In this document: positions 36,491 to 48,434 of the stretch, piece by piece
Position numbering within the stretch: the stretch's first letter is position 1
Layout of the letters: every line of letters begins with the position of its first letter
Assembly: GCA_050084515.1 (NCBI GenBank)
Contig: CM114271.1
Span: 15,314,001-15,378,000 of the forward strand
DNA: 64,000 nucleotides
Direction of reading: 5' to 3'
From: Blasia pusilla
Taxonomy: Eukaryota
Position numbers and translations under genes: made by a program
The notes under the pieces: model-generated
What the model was told of the DNA's origin: nothing
Databases searched by the model: none
Seen by the model: the letters and a program-made list of their open reading frames with translations, nothing else

Positions 36491-39400
36491 CGATCGAGCT
36501 GGGATCGAGGTTTTTTAGTTGCTAAGGCGCGACATCAACACTTGTTGTCAGGTTATCCATTTTGGTCTTTTTCCCTGCACGTGTTAGGGATTTCTGAGTA
36601 TTGTGTAGTTATTTGGGGATATTGGGTTTCTTGTAGATATTGAGAGCATCATTGATGTATGGGTTTAGGAGACATAGACCTGTGTGGGATGTCCAAAGTT
36701 GAGGGTGTGTCCTGTTGATGAGATGATAGGATAGTAGACGATTTGCTGCACCATGCCGCTTGTTGCCGCACAGCACACATCTCAGTGAGAGAGTGTAGAT
36801 TGAGTGTCACATGTTGGATTGAGTGATTGAGTGATTGTGTGAGAGGGGCACAAGGATGATCACGGCGTCTTTTCGGGACTTTGAGAGCCGAGATGGTGGA
36901 CCTGAGAGTAGCTCTAGAGGGTTTATCCGGAATGGTGCGAGGTTTCAAGAGTCTCCACATGAGAGACCATCTCGATCTTCTTCTAGGTCATCTTCAGACA
37001 AGGGGGAGAGTGTAGAGGAGTGTGCTAGTGATCCACCGCACACATTGAGTGGTCCTATCAGTTGGACGTACGAGATGGACGATCGGGGTAGAGAACCACG
37101 TAGGTTTTCGGGTACTATAGGCACTATAGAGTTACATGACTTCATTGCAGAGTTTAGGAGTTGGTGTGACTCACAGCGGGCTATGAACTCCAGAGAGTTC
37201 AACCCATTTACAACATGGAATGGAATGTTCCGGAATTTAGAGGGGGCACCCATGGACGATTACCATGAGTTCTCGTAGAGATATGCCTATGAGATTGAGG
37301 CCTAGAGACTCTACTATGACCCACACTATATGTCATGGATTGAGTCGTTTCAAGATGAGAAGGAGGAGTCAGGAGAGGGTTCCTCCATCAGTGATGTTGT
37401 AGGAGGGATGACCCGCACTGGAGCAGCTGCATCGTCTAGTTGAGTTCGTCCCCCGTTCAACCCCGTGGTTGAGTTCATCGGTGAGTTGAGTGCGAGCTAC
37501 CATGGGATACGGACGGAGAAGTTGCGGAGCATCCACGACTTCTAGAGGCGCTCCAGTGAGAGTTTGTGTGAGGCCTACATCCCCTTGCGCTGGTTGATTA
37601 ACGTCACTCACAGGGTGATAGAGGCTCAGGCTATCCAGTCATGGTACGCGATGTTGGACCGGACGCTGCGGACACGTGTGTGAGAGGGGGTGTTTCTTAT
37701 GAACACCTCCCCTACGTTGAGAGATTTTTTATAGGACCGCCAAGAACATTGAGCGCAACATGGCGTAGACCATAGCCACCATGGGTTCTGGGCGAGAGCA
37801 ATCACAATTTCTTGCACCACTTGTGAAGCAACATGGATTTCGAGATAGGTCTGTGGCACCACGAGCTCAAGGAGGATACGAGGAGGCCCTGGCATAGAGC
37901 CTTTATATGCGGCTCAGCAGCAGCCGCCTATGATTACTTTTTGATCATGTGGTAGAGCCCATCATTAGCGCGATTGCACTCGTCAAGGTCATGGTTGCGT
38001 GCCTCAACATGGAGGAGGAGATGGTGCTGCACCAAGAGGTTATCAGTGTGACTATTGTCAGAGGTATGGTCACACACGCGCCAAGCGTTTCAGCTTGCAC
38101 CTTGAGTTACGTTTGGACCGAGGGCCAAAGAGGGCACCACAGCGAGTTGCCAGTCTGGGTGGGCCTAGGAGGTCGTACACTAGGTGGTCCCGTCGGGGGA
38201 AGAGGAGTTGGACTCGCCTGAGGGGGTGGTGGAGCTCCTTGTAGAGAAGGTAGAGTCCCACCACCTAGACGTGTTGAGGGAGATGCCTGGCGTGAGGCTA
38301 GGATGGCTGCTCAGATACAGCAGCTACAGCAACAGATTGCCCCTATGGCATTGAGTTTACCCGATGCCGGATTCGTGGCATCGACCCTTATGGAGCCACC
38401 AGAGATATGGAGGATCTTGGTTGGATGTGCTAGGTTGCCTAGATGGAGGCCACCGCAGTTGTTACGCGTGGAGCAGCCACAGAGTTGGATCCACAGCAAG
38501 GGGAAGCTAGGAAACAGACCAGGCTTCCTCAATCCTTCACGTTTTCTGAGAAGATGAGGACCCCATCGATGGGTCTTGATTAGAGATCCCGGAGAGTTGG
38601 TGATGTTGTTGGTGTGCAGGCACAAAGGGCGATGGGAGAAGCGAGTGCAACGACTCCTATTGCTGATGCTCAGGAGGAGCATGTGTCGAGCACGTTGTTG
38701 GGGGCGGCCACCGTTGTGTACTACGCTCCTTTATTTTCTGCTTCCGATGTTATGACATTGGGAGGTATGCTCGTCGAGGTTTTTCGGCTGGCCGCTACGC
38801 TATTTGAGCGTGGAGTTGGAGTTCTTCCATCATGTTCTGAGATGATTGTAGAGGAGGTGATGGACCTACCCTTGGAGCTAATGCTTGGGCCGTCCACGTC
38901 AGATTCATGGCAGGCTACGACTGCTAGGATGGCAGAGATGCCTGCTAGACCCACGATAGAGCGTGCCATGGCTTCTCCTGGTGTTGTTTTGCTGGATAAT
39001 TGGTGAGAGGTCTTCCAGTTGGAAAGTCCTGGATTCAGGAGAGCAACCCCTCATGTTGGGGAAAGCAACATTCAGAGGATTGGGCTTAACGAGAGCCGAT
39101 GTGGAGCATTGTCCATTCCGGATACAGACATCCTTGGGTAGAGCAAGTACCACATAGTATATCACCCGACAAGAGGTCGTGGTGAGGATTTGCCGCGGAC
39201 ATCCTACAGATGCACTGATCGACCGCCGACCAGGAGAGATGGCGACCTTAGCAGCATTTTGCAACGCCATCACTTGGCCTAGTGATTTGATTGAGGGACA
39301 TGTCCATGCAGAGGATACTTCCGTTCATGACATTGCTATGGAGAAGAGAGTCCTAGTCGCCGCATCAGTCCATGGAGGAGAGGTGCCGCTTTGGTGCTTG

Positions 39401-42400
39401 ACTAAGGAGCTTCCACGCTTAGCCACTGAGCATGTGTAGACCACGTGAAGCGAGACGTTCGCACCAGAGCGTGACGGGTCAGAGGAACCCGAGGTAGCCA
39501 CGAGTGCTACTATGATCCCTTTGGACACTACCCCGATTGTGTGGTGTATTCGGGATATTCGTGTGTTGGATCTCTTTGGAGGGATCACCACTGGGTTAAT
39601 TGTTGTTTTGCAGGCAAGAGTACGCATGCAGTAGTACCTGTATGTGGAGATTGATGATGTTTCCAGGCGTGCTTCACTTCACCATATGGCGTAGTTACGC
39701 CTCTATTTTCCCAACTTGTTGTCTGCGTCTGCTATCCAGGGTTACTAGAGTTCCCTACCGAGGGACATTTCATTGTTTGGGGCACAGGACTTGGAGCAGG
39801 TAGGGACCATAGACTTGGTCATTTTTGGTTGGCCATGTCAAGGCCAATCAAGTGCTGGACGGGGTAGCGGATTAGTTGACTTGCAGTCCAAGTTATTTTG
39901 GGAGATGATGCGGATCTTGCGATATTTACAAGTGCATACTCTCGTTCTCCAGCATACATTCTGGAGAATGTGCCAATTTCGGGCGATTCAATGTCTCGCG
40001 TGGTGACGAGTGCACATTAGGTGCGCGCATGGATCGGCTCGATAGTGTTGTTGGATGCGGTGAGTGTAGGTTCATGAGCACATCGCCTACGTCTTTGGTG
40101 GACCAACTTGATGCCACATGAGGTTTTATGGAGGGCCTATGCGAGAGTGGAGCGCCCCTCCGATTTGTCGGTGGATTATATTTTGGATCCAAGTCGTCAA
40201 TCACAGGCAATGAGGCACGATGATCGACGACCGTTGATTGTGGTCAACAGGATTGGCATGCCACGGGCAGCCTTTCCGACATTAGTGAGTCTTCCTGCTT
40301 CATATGCATTCAAGGAGGTCGGACCTGGCTTGTTTGGGAGCGAGAGCGAATGATTCCCCACACGAGTGTCGGCAATATCATCACTATCACAGACATCACG
40401 ATGTCATGTCTTGGGTCAGGTGATGGACCTGAACTGCTTGACATGGATTTTCAACTTAGGAGTAGCTGAGTAGCGTCGTTTGCAGACGTGACAGATCACA
40501 GTTGTTGCGTTGGTGAGCCCCATGCCTATCGAGATAGTTTAGGCAGTGGTTGGGGGCGAGATCCGAGGAGATCGACACACCAGGGATGTTCGAGAGAGAC
40601 ATCCTTGGACTTCTTGGGATTTTTTGCATGTACACGAGGAGATAATAGCCACCGCATCGAGCGTGGTTCTGGGTACTGCACGTAGAGGAGATCCAATTTT
40701 GCAGTTGGATGTAGGGGAGTAGCCGAGTGCTACTGTGCGAGACGGGGTTGCACCATAGCAACCACCTACACCCGCGCGGAAGAGTCCTACCATAGTCACG
40801 ATGGAGACTCGGGAGCCAGATATGGCCCCTAAGTTGACAGGAGGAGAGCGGCGCCCGATACACCAGTTCCTTAGGAGTTATAGGAGTTGTTTTGCATTTA
40901 GCAAGCATGATTTGGGTACGCTGAAGGGTCCAGGGATCCGCATTGAGTTGTCGAGTGACACGTGGATCTTCCGGCGACCATATAGGTACAGTGACATGGA
41001 GAGGGCTTTGATTTGTAGAAGGAACCACGACTTGGTTGGAGTAGGACTAGTGGAGATGTTGCATGGAGAGTATGCATCTGCCATTGTCATGCTTGCCAAG
41101 AAGGATGTGCATGGCAGCTGTACGGATAGGCGGATATGTGGAGATTATCGACCTATCAATCGGCAGACAAAGTTTGATAGGTATGCCATGCCCACCCCTG
41201 AGGAGATCTTTGATGCGATTGGGCATGCAAAGGTATTCAATTCATTGGATTTGCAAGCTGGATATCACCAACTGCCTATTAGATTGAAGGATAGGCAGAA
41301 GATGGCATTTTGGGGCATCGATCCTCACCGAAAGGATTGTTTGTACTTGTGGCAATTCTTACCATTTGGGTTAAAGAACGCCCCGACTGAGTTTTAGAGG
41401 GTCATGGATAGGATCTTGGCAGGTATGGATTTTGCTAGGTGTTATATTGATGAAATCGTAGTCTTTAGCGGCACAGTTGAGGAGCATGAGCGACATCTAG
41501 AGGAGGTGTTCCGACGATTGCAATTACATGGGCTGAAGCGACATCCAAGCAAGTGCAAGTTCTTCTACAAGCAGATTGAGTACCTGGGTCATACAATATA
41601 TCCACAGGGCCTTGGTGTGCAGTAGACGAAGATAGAGGCTATTTCACGCATTCCACGCCCTACAGATGTGAGTTGAGTTCGTGCATTCATGGAATTGGCA
41701 AACTTCTATCAGCGGTACGTCAAGGGTTTCAGTTCGATTGCAAAGCCACTAACCTTGCTGACCAAGGTGGATCAGGAATGGAACTGGGTGGATAAGCAAG
41801 AGAGAGCATTTCAGCTGCTCAAGGACAAATTGACATCCGCGCCCATATTGAGGAGACCAATCAAGGGGCATCTTTTCTAGTTGCATACCGATTGGAGCAT
41901 GTTGGGGCTTGGAGCCGTGCTCACCTAGCATGACAATGATGGTAGAAAGTTCGTGATGGCTTGCGCTAGTCGCTCGAACAACATTGCAGAGGCAAATTAT
42001 AGTTTGTATGAGGGTGAGTGTTTGGCTGCGGTGTGGGATGTCACACATTTCAGGTGTTATTTATTCGGCAACCCCTTTACCATCATTACTGATCATCAGC
42101 CACTTAAGTGGTTGATGGAGTCTGACAAGCTTACAAGGAAGCGTGCAAGGTGGGCTCTTTTGTTGCAAAAGTATGACTTCCAGGTGGTGCATAGACCTGG
42201 GACGCTCAACCAAGATGCAGATGGTTTGAGCCATAACCCATGCCCAAATCAGCGAGATGCAACAAGAGCTCGTTGGCATGGTGAGAGTGATGAGGAGTTG
42301 GTGCCAAGATGGCACGCGTCAGCCTATTTGAGCTTGTTGGCTATGGAGAGCCAGATTGCTAAGACTTCGATGGCGAGATCTGATGGAGAGTCCTTAGATC

Positions 42401-44104
42401 GAGAGGCTTGTGAGGAGACGACATGTGGCCGAGACATTCACGACGATGGAGCGGTCTTGGAGTACCCGCGTACTAGCAGCGCCGCGAGCACAGTGGATGG
42501 TAGAGAGCGGGATCGGATCCTACAGCGAGCCAAACGGTTTCGGTGAGAGACGACATATGTGTTGCGAGTTTGGGAGGATGATAGAGTGCGTATAGTGCCT
42601 CATCTTTCGCAAAGAGCACGCTTGGTGCGTCATGCCCACGAGGAGTTGGATCATTTTGGAGTGAAGCGGACGTACACCTTGCTCTAGATACAGTATTGGT
42701 GGCGAGGCATGCAGACTGATGTTCAGCAGTTTGTTGCCAGGTGCATGTTGTGTGATCGAGTCCGAGCATTGTTCAATGCTCCGACTCGAGAGTTACATCC
42801 ACTTTCGATCATGGATTTAGGTTATAGATGGAGTTTGGATTTTGCAGGACCTTTGCCTTTGACGGAGCGCCATAGTCGTTATGTGTTGGTGATGGTCGAG
42901 CACTTCTCGAAGTGGATAGAGTTGGTTGCATTGCCTCACAAAGAAAGTGAGGGAGTAGCATATGCCTTCCTAGATTGAGTGCTGAGTCATTACGGCACAC
43001 TAGCTCATGTGTTGACAGACCAGGGTAGAGAGTTTCACGGAGAGTTTCAGGCCTTGTGTGATTAGCCGCTGATCGACCACCGTACTACTTCGCGAGATCA
43101 TCCTGAGGCCGATGGACTAGCAGAGAGGGTTGTGCAGATGGTAAAGAGAGGATTACGCAAGTATGGCTTGTAGAGAGGTCACCTAGGAGATTGGGACCTT
43201 CAAATACCGTGGTTGGCGATGGGATAAAGATTCAGCAGGCAGACATCCTTAGCGTCTTTCTCACCGTACTTGCTTTATGGCCGAGAGCTAGATTTACCTT
43301 CGGCCATTCGTCAAGATGTTGGTGAGGTGTTGAATCTTAATGACCCTGATGTATGGATGCGAGCATGTTCTCAGAGGGCTCATTTATTTCGGAAAGTGAT
43401 GCCCATGGCGTTTGAGAACTTGGCAACTCTGCAGCATCGGGATACGTTGCGGTATGCGACTATTTAGGGAGGTAGTTATCGACCTACTATCTAGAGGTTT
43501 CATCAGGGAGACTATGTCTACTTGCAGCGGACAGCACCCACGACGTTGGATGTGACTGCAAGGCGCACCATTTTGAGAGTGTATGAGATTTTGTCATCCG
43601 GTGTTCTCTTATTGGAGGGACGCAATGGTATGGTTTGGAAGGACCACGTGCGTAATTTTGCGCCATGTCATCTTACAAACATTGATGGTACACTTGATCC
43701 GAGCTAAGCAGTAGTTCTGGTAGGCTTGCGATGTATCATTGAGAGGGCTTGGGAGAAGGAAGGGGGTATACCTCAAGGAGAGAGAGCTTGAGAGCTGATT
43801 CTCTCTTTGTTGAACCTCTTGGCATGAGGCGGCAGAGCTGCGGTCTTGCTTACCTTGTGAGTGTAACCCAAGCCTCTCATTAGGAGAGTGGATTTGGTTT
43901 AACATTGAGAGAGACATGTGAGAGTGCACACATTTGAGAGCTATGGTGTTGAGAGAGATTGGATCTACTTGATTTAATTGGAGATATTTTGGTACTTCTT
44001 GTCTCGTTTTTTGGGTGCCATGAGTTAGCATGGGATCGTGCGTGTTTGGGTGTATGTTTGGTGATAATGATGTATGTTGTGTAGTGATGTGTATGAGCAC
44101 AAAA
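36491..44104 (+). mobile_element. Degenerate Ty3/Gypsy LTR retrotransposon carrying a C5 DNA methyltransferase domain (gag-PR-DNMT-RT-RNaseH-INT); 5' LTR not seen, 3' LTR partial
   Basis: gag from about 36856 with zinc knuckle CDYCQRYGH; protease LDSG (about 39030); RT RICGDYRPIN, SLDLQAGYHQ, LPFGLKNAP, YIDE; RNase H HTDWS...EGECLA...TDHQPL; integrase HEELDHFG...CMLC, WSLDFAGP, TDQGREF, GLAERVV. The RT-RH-INT order is the Gypsy order. Confidence 0.95.
39557..40470 (+). pseudogene. DNMT3/DRM-like C5 cytosine methyltransferase catalytic domain inside the Gypsy pol region
   Basis: Motifs in canonical order: I IRVLDLFGGITTG (39557), II YLYVEIDD, III LPRDI, IV IDLVIFGWPCQGQSSAG (PC at 39833-39838), VI YILENVP (39964), VIII AHRLRLWWTNL (40081), IX ERERM..FP and X VLGQVMDLN (40411). 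Several stops and frameshifts. Confidence 0.9.
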
Positions 44105-44752
44105 ATATCCACGGACATGCCGCCCGAGTATCCGTAGCCCGTATCCGAGCCCGCACTGGTTTTGTGGCCTGCGGCCAAGCCCTCAAGGCGGGCCTAGAGC
44201 TCGCATGTGCGGGATTTGATCTCGCCCAATGCGGGCCAAAAAATCGGTGCGAGCTCAGCCAGCCTCGGTACTCGCGAAGGGCAAGGTTGCACGCGGACAA
44301 AGTTTGTGTCCGCATACATATCCGTGTAGGCCCGGGTATCCACGGCCCACACCTGACCACGCACTCGAGCCAGTTGCATAGACCCAGTCTGACAAAGCTC
44401 GCACCCCTTGTGGCTTGGCTCTCATTGGGCAGGCCTCAGGCCTGCCCAATGGGGTGCCATCCCACCCTGTGGGACTGCCGCGGGCCCCGTAACGCGTCCA
44501 GGCTCCGTCAACCCGGGTCTACTCGGCGAGCTATAGGGCGGGCTTACGTGCGGGCTCGGGTGTAAGCCAAGCATGTGCGAGGACTTTTCCATTTTCGTGC
44601 AACCTTGGCCACAAGCTTGGCGGGCTCCAATTGCGGGCTCAAGGGTAGGACGGGGGTACCCAAGCCGCACGAACATGTCCGTCCTAGGGAGGGACATAAG
44701 TCCGCAAACATGGACATGTCTGCGGAGACAGATTTGTCTGTTTGCAACCCTG
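44105..44752. mobile_element. hAT-type MITE sequence, apparently nested (inner copy about 44282-44607)
   Basis: CAAGGTTGCAC at 44282, GTGCAACCTTG ending at 44607 and TGCAACCCTG ending at 44752; the family's GGACATGTCC/GGACATAAGTCCG subterminal motifs. Confidence 0.65.
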
Positions 44753-47752
44753 GTGTCACTGCCAAGAAACCATCATAAATTTTTGGGAAATTTATTTTTC
44801 CACACCGAGGGCTTTTCTTCGCGACCAATTTTCCTTTTTCTCATTTTGAGTTCCTTTTATGGTAGTAGCCCTTAGATAGATTGAGAACTTCTCATGTTTA
44901 GGCAATTGCTTCATTTGATTATGAATCAAGAATTCCAATGGTGATATTTGAGAGCCATCAAATTTGTATGGTGGGAAATCCAAAACTTAGAAAGGATATA
45001 TAGAAAATATTTCAATTGAATGAAGAAGGAATCGCGTTCCTTATACAATAGATGGATAACCTCATTGAAGTTTAATAGTACAAAATTTCTAATGGAAGTT
45101 AGGTATTAATTGAAGATTTTGCAATTGACATGCCTTCTCTTTGGTAGAGTTGGGGAAAAAATGTTGAGAAGCTTGTTTGCGAGAAAAGGAGTGTTTACGG
45201 GTTCTTCGTGGGAACCATGCATATTCCCCACATCCATCTCAGGCCCTAAACTCAAATACCATTCACGTCTCACCAACCCATGTTTGACTATTTATCCTCC
45301 AAGATGACTTGGGGGAGTCTAATGGTAGACTCCACTCATTTTGACTTCCCCAAACACAACTTAAATTCTTGTCTTGCATTTTTTGAGTCTCAAGGCTAAC
45401 TCATGTTTTGACTCCCACCATTTGGCGTCTCATGGTTGTTTTGCCAACCTTCGTGTTTCACAACTAGTTTTATGGCATCTTGCCCAACTTGACTACTCTC
45501 GACTTCCTTGCTACTTGTCCTTGATTGGAAACCTAAGGGTGTGTCCCCTATTTTTCCTTGCCATGTTTCCCCATGAGCGACTGCACCTCCTTTCTCTTAA
45601 GGTTGGTCTCGAGATATGGGCTCGTCTTGACTACTATTAGTCCCGCAATAGGTTTCGCCATTCATACTAGTCTTGCAACTAGCTAGGTTTCCACTTTGTT
45701 GGGTACTACCAAGATCTCTCTTCTTTTTATCAACAATCATGACTCACTCCTTATGTGAGCACCATAGACTTAGCTATTTACAATGATATGGGATCTATTC
45801 ACTTATTTATAGCAAAGCATATTATGGTTATGATCCTATGTATCTTGGTTAATAACTATATATAATTTTGGTATCCTTCTTTAAGTCATGTGGATGATGA
45901 AAAAAACAACTTTATAGTTATATGTTTGCATACAGTAAATTGTATAAGTGCGTCACATGGAAATGTATGTACTAGACTACTAGTAGTACTAGGGATTTTG
46001 GGTCCATTACGAGTCCAATTATTTCCAATAATGGATACTTGGCAAGTCCATTATGATTTCCACTTTGCAAATCCATTGTGTACAAGTCTTTTGTGGCTTT
46101 AGATAGCTTTATAAATTGCCATTGGTTTATGAGTTTGAAAAGTCATTTTTCCATTTCGATTGCCATGACTCCCATTAAGCTTACAATAGACTTACAAACA
46201 TGATCGCAAGTTAGACTCGTAAATTACTGCTTCTAAAAATCACACATTATAAGTATGGGGAGTTGTAGTGAAGTTGCACGCAATTGCAACTTGCCAGCCA
46301 GTTGCAAGTTTTTTGAACATATATTTTACAAGTTTTTTGTAAGTCCTATATCTCACAAATAGTCGTAGGTGAGTCTCACAAGTCAAAAATTTGGCCATAC
46401 ATTCCCCTTTCGCCTCCAAAGCACTCTATTTTTGCTTTTCCTCCTAACTTTCCAAAAATCCTCTCCTCGGTTTGTTACTATTTTCTTTCTATAGTAGAGC
46501 TAGGTCTTGGGTAGAAATTTTTCAATGTTGAAGAAACTGTGGATAAGAAAAATTTATAGTAGTTTTTTTTTCCAAATTATTCATTATAAACTATAAGAAG
46601 TAAAGGATAAAAAAAAAGCAGCAAAGCCGTATCTGAGAAAACTTGGAATGATTCAAATCCCCCTTGAAAAATTGAATTATAGACCTAAAAATAACTCCAA
46701 CTTGAGCAAAATAGGAGCCAAAAAAATAGATTACAATTTTTGAAGAACAATACTCTATTAGTCCATTGAAAGTGTCTTGCGATCCAAAATTACTACTTGC
46801 TATTTTACAACAATTTTGTGAAAGTTTTATGAATAAGATTTGAATTAATTTTTTGAATTATTTGTGACCACATAGATTCGTAGATCTGCAAGTCAAATGC
46901 AAGTATCGTGCAAGTGTTTGGCATTTGAATTGCAATTGACTATGCACGTGACAACCTAAGACTTTAAATTTTAATTATTAAATAAATTACATCATTCAAT
47001 CACACAAAAGAATGATGGACTAAATTACACCCATGATCTGAAATTGCATGCACCTTATTTACAAGATATGGTGTTGACATGATAAGAATGAGAATAAGAA
47101 AAAGTAAACCGATTGAAAGGATCTAATTAGAAGCATGCGATGATTGCTATAACTCAAGTTATGGTATGACCAAGGAAAATACCATTGCAAATTTCATGTG
47201 AGTCCCCAAGTTTAATCTTTTTTTTTTTAAAAGGAAAAGGAGGACCACATCTACAGCTTCACAAAGATAGATCTTATCCCATTCGGCAATTTTGAGTCAT
47301 CCTCATATTTATTTTGTAATTTATTACAAAAAAAATTTAAAGCTCAAAAACTGGTATGTGGCTCTCATGGGATGGGAAACTCCATCCCCTAAACCCTCCA
47401 ACCCTCCATCTCCTTAACTCTGCCAAAATAGAGTGTCAGGAGTTCTAAAAATACTGAAAAAATTATTCTAAAATAATTAAAAAATAACTAAAAATAAAAT
47501 AAAATTGATATTTTTGGAATCAAATGTGGTACTGGTTATGTGTACGCTCGTTCCTTCCTAAGAGGTGTTGTGGCACTACTGAAAATTTTTATTTAAAAAA
47601 CAAACTATATTTGAGGCCATAAATAATATTTATATATTATTATTAGAGAGTGCTTTCTTGATATACAATACATATCTACTAGCCACGTTCAAAGAAAATA
47701 TATTTCCCATATTACAGGTAGAAAAAAATTTAAATTTACATGCAATAATTCC

Positions 47753-48434
47753 TTCACTAATATCTTTTCATTTTCAATATAGTTCCATTACCTACACATA
47801 AGTCTTCACTAATATCTTTTCATTTTCAATAAAGTTCAATTATCTACACATAAGTCTTCACTAATCTATATTATTATGGGAGAGTGCCTTCTTGATTTGC
47901 AAACACTTATGTGTTTGACACGTGGCAACTAGGTAGAAAAAAATGTTTCACATGTTACGGGCAGCAAGAAAAAAATTTAAATTTATGTAGAGCATTATTA
48001 ATCTCTTCCCTTCACGGGCTATACACTAGCTCTTCGAACATTTTTTATTTTCCTTGCATCGCACGACACCTCATCTATATTATTATGGGAGAGTGCCTTC
48101 TTCATTTGCAAGCACCTATCTGCTTGACACGTGGCAACTCGACAAGGAGAAAATATTTCACATGTTACGGGAAAAAAAAAATTTAATTTATGTAAAATAT
48201 CATTAATGTCTTCCCTTCATGGACTATACATTTATTCTTCAAACACTCTTTTTATTTCTCGTGCATTACACGAACATTTTATTATTAAAAAAAATTTCAA
48301 TATAATTCCATTATCTACACATAAGTCTTCACTAATATCTTTTTATTTTCAATATAATTTCATTATTTACACATAAGTCTTCACTAATATCTTTTTATTT
48401 TGAATATAGTTCCATTATCTACACATAAGTCTTC
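47753..48434. repeat. 52-bp tandem array interrupted by two head-to-tail mini-Helitron copies (47865-48029, 48074-about 48235)
   Basis: Unit TTCACTAATATCTTTT..TTTTCAATATAGTTCCATTATCTACACATAAGTC starts at 47753, 47805, 48328 and 48380. The Helitron reads A|TCTATATTATTATGGGAGAGTG...CACGGGCTATACACTAG. Confidence 0.8.

Noticed and set aside
39557-40470. Functional host DNMT3/DRM gene
   Set aside because: Intronless, embedded in pol, with multiple stops and frameshifts. The motif order is not the DRM permutation.
1349-48235. Giant element bounded by inverted ~180-bp repeats at 1.4 kb and 47.9 kb
   Set aside because: The repeats are divergent members of a multi-copy Helitron-like family present in both orientations, and no TSD is seen.
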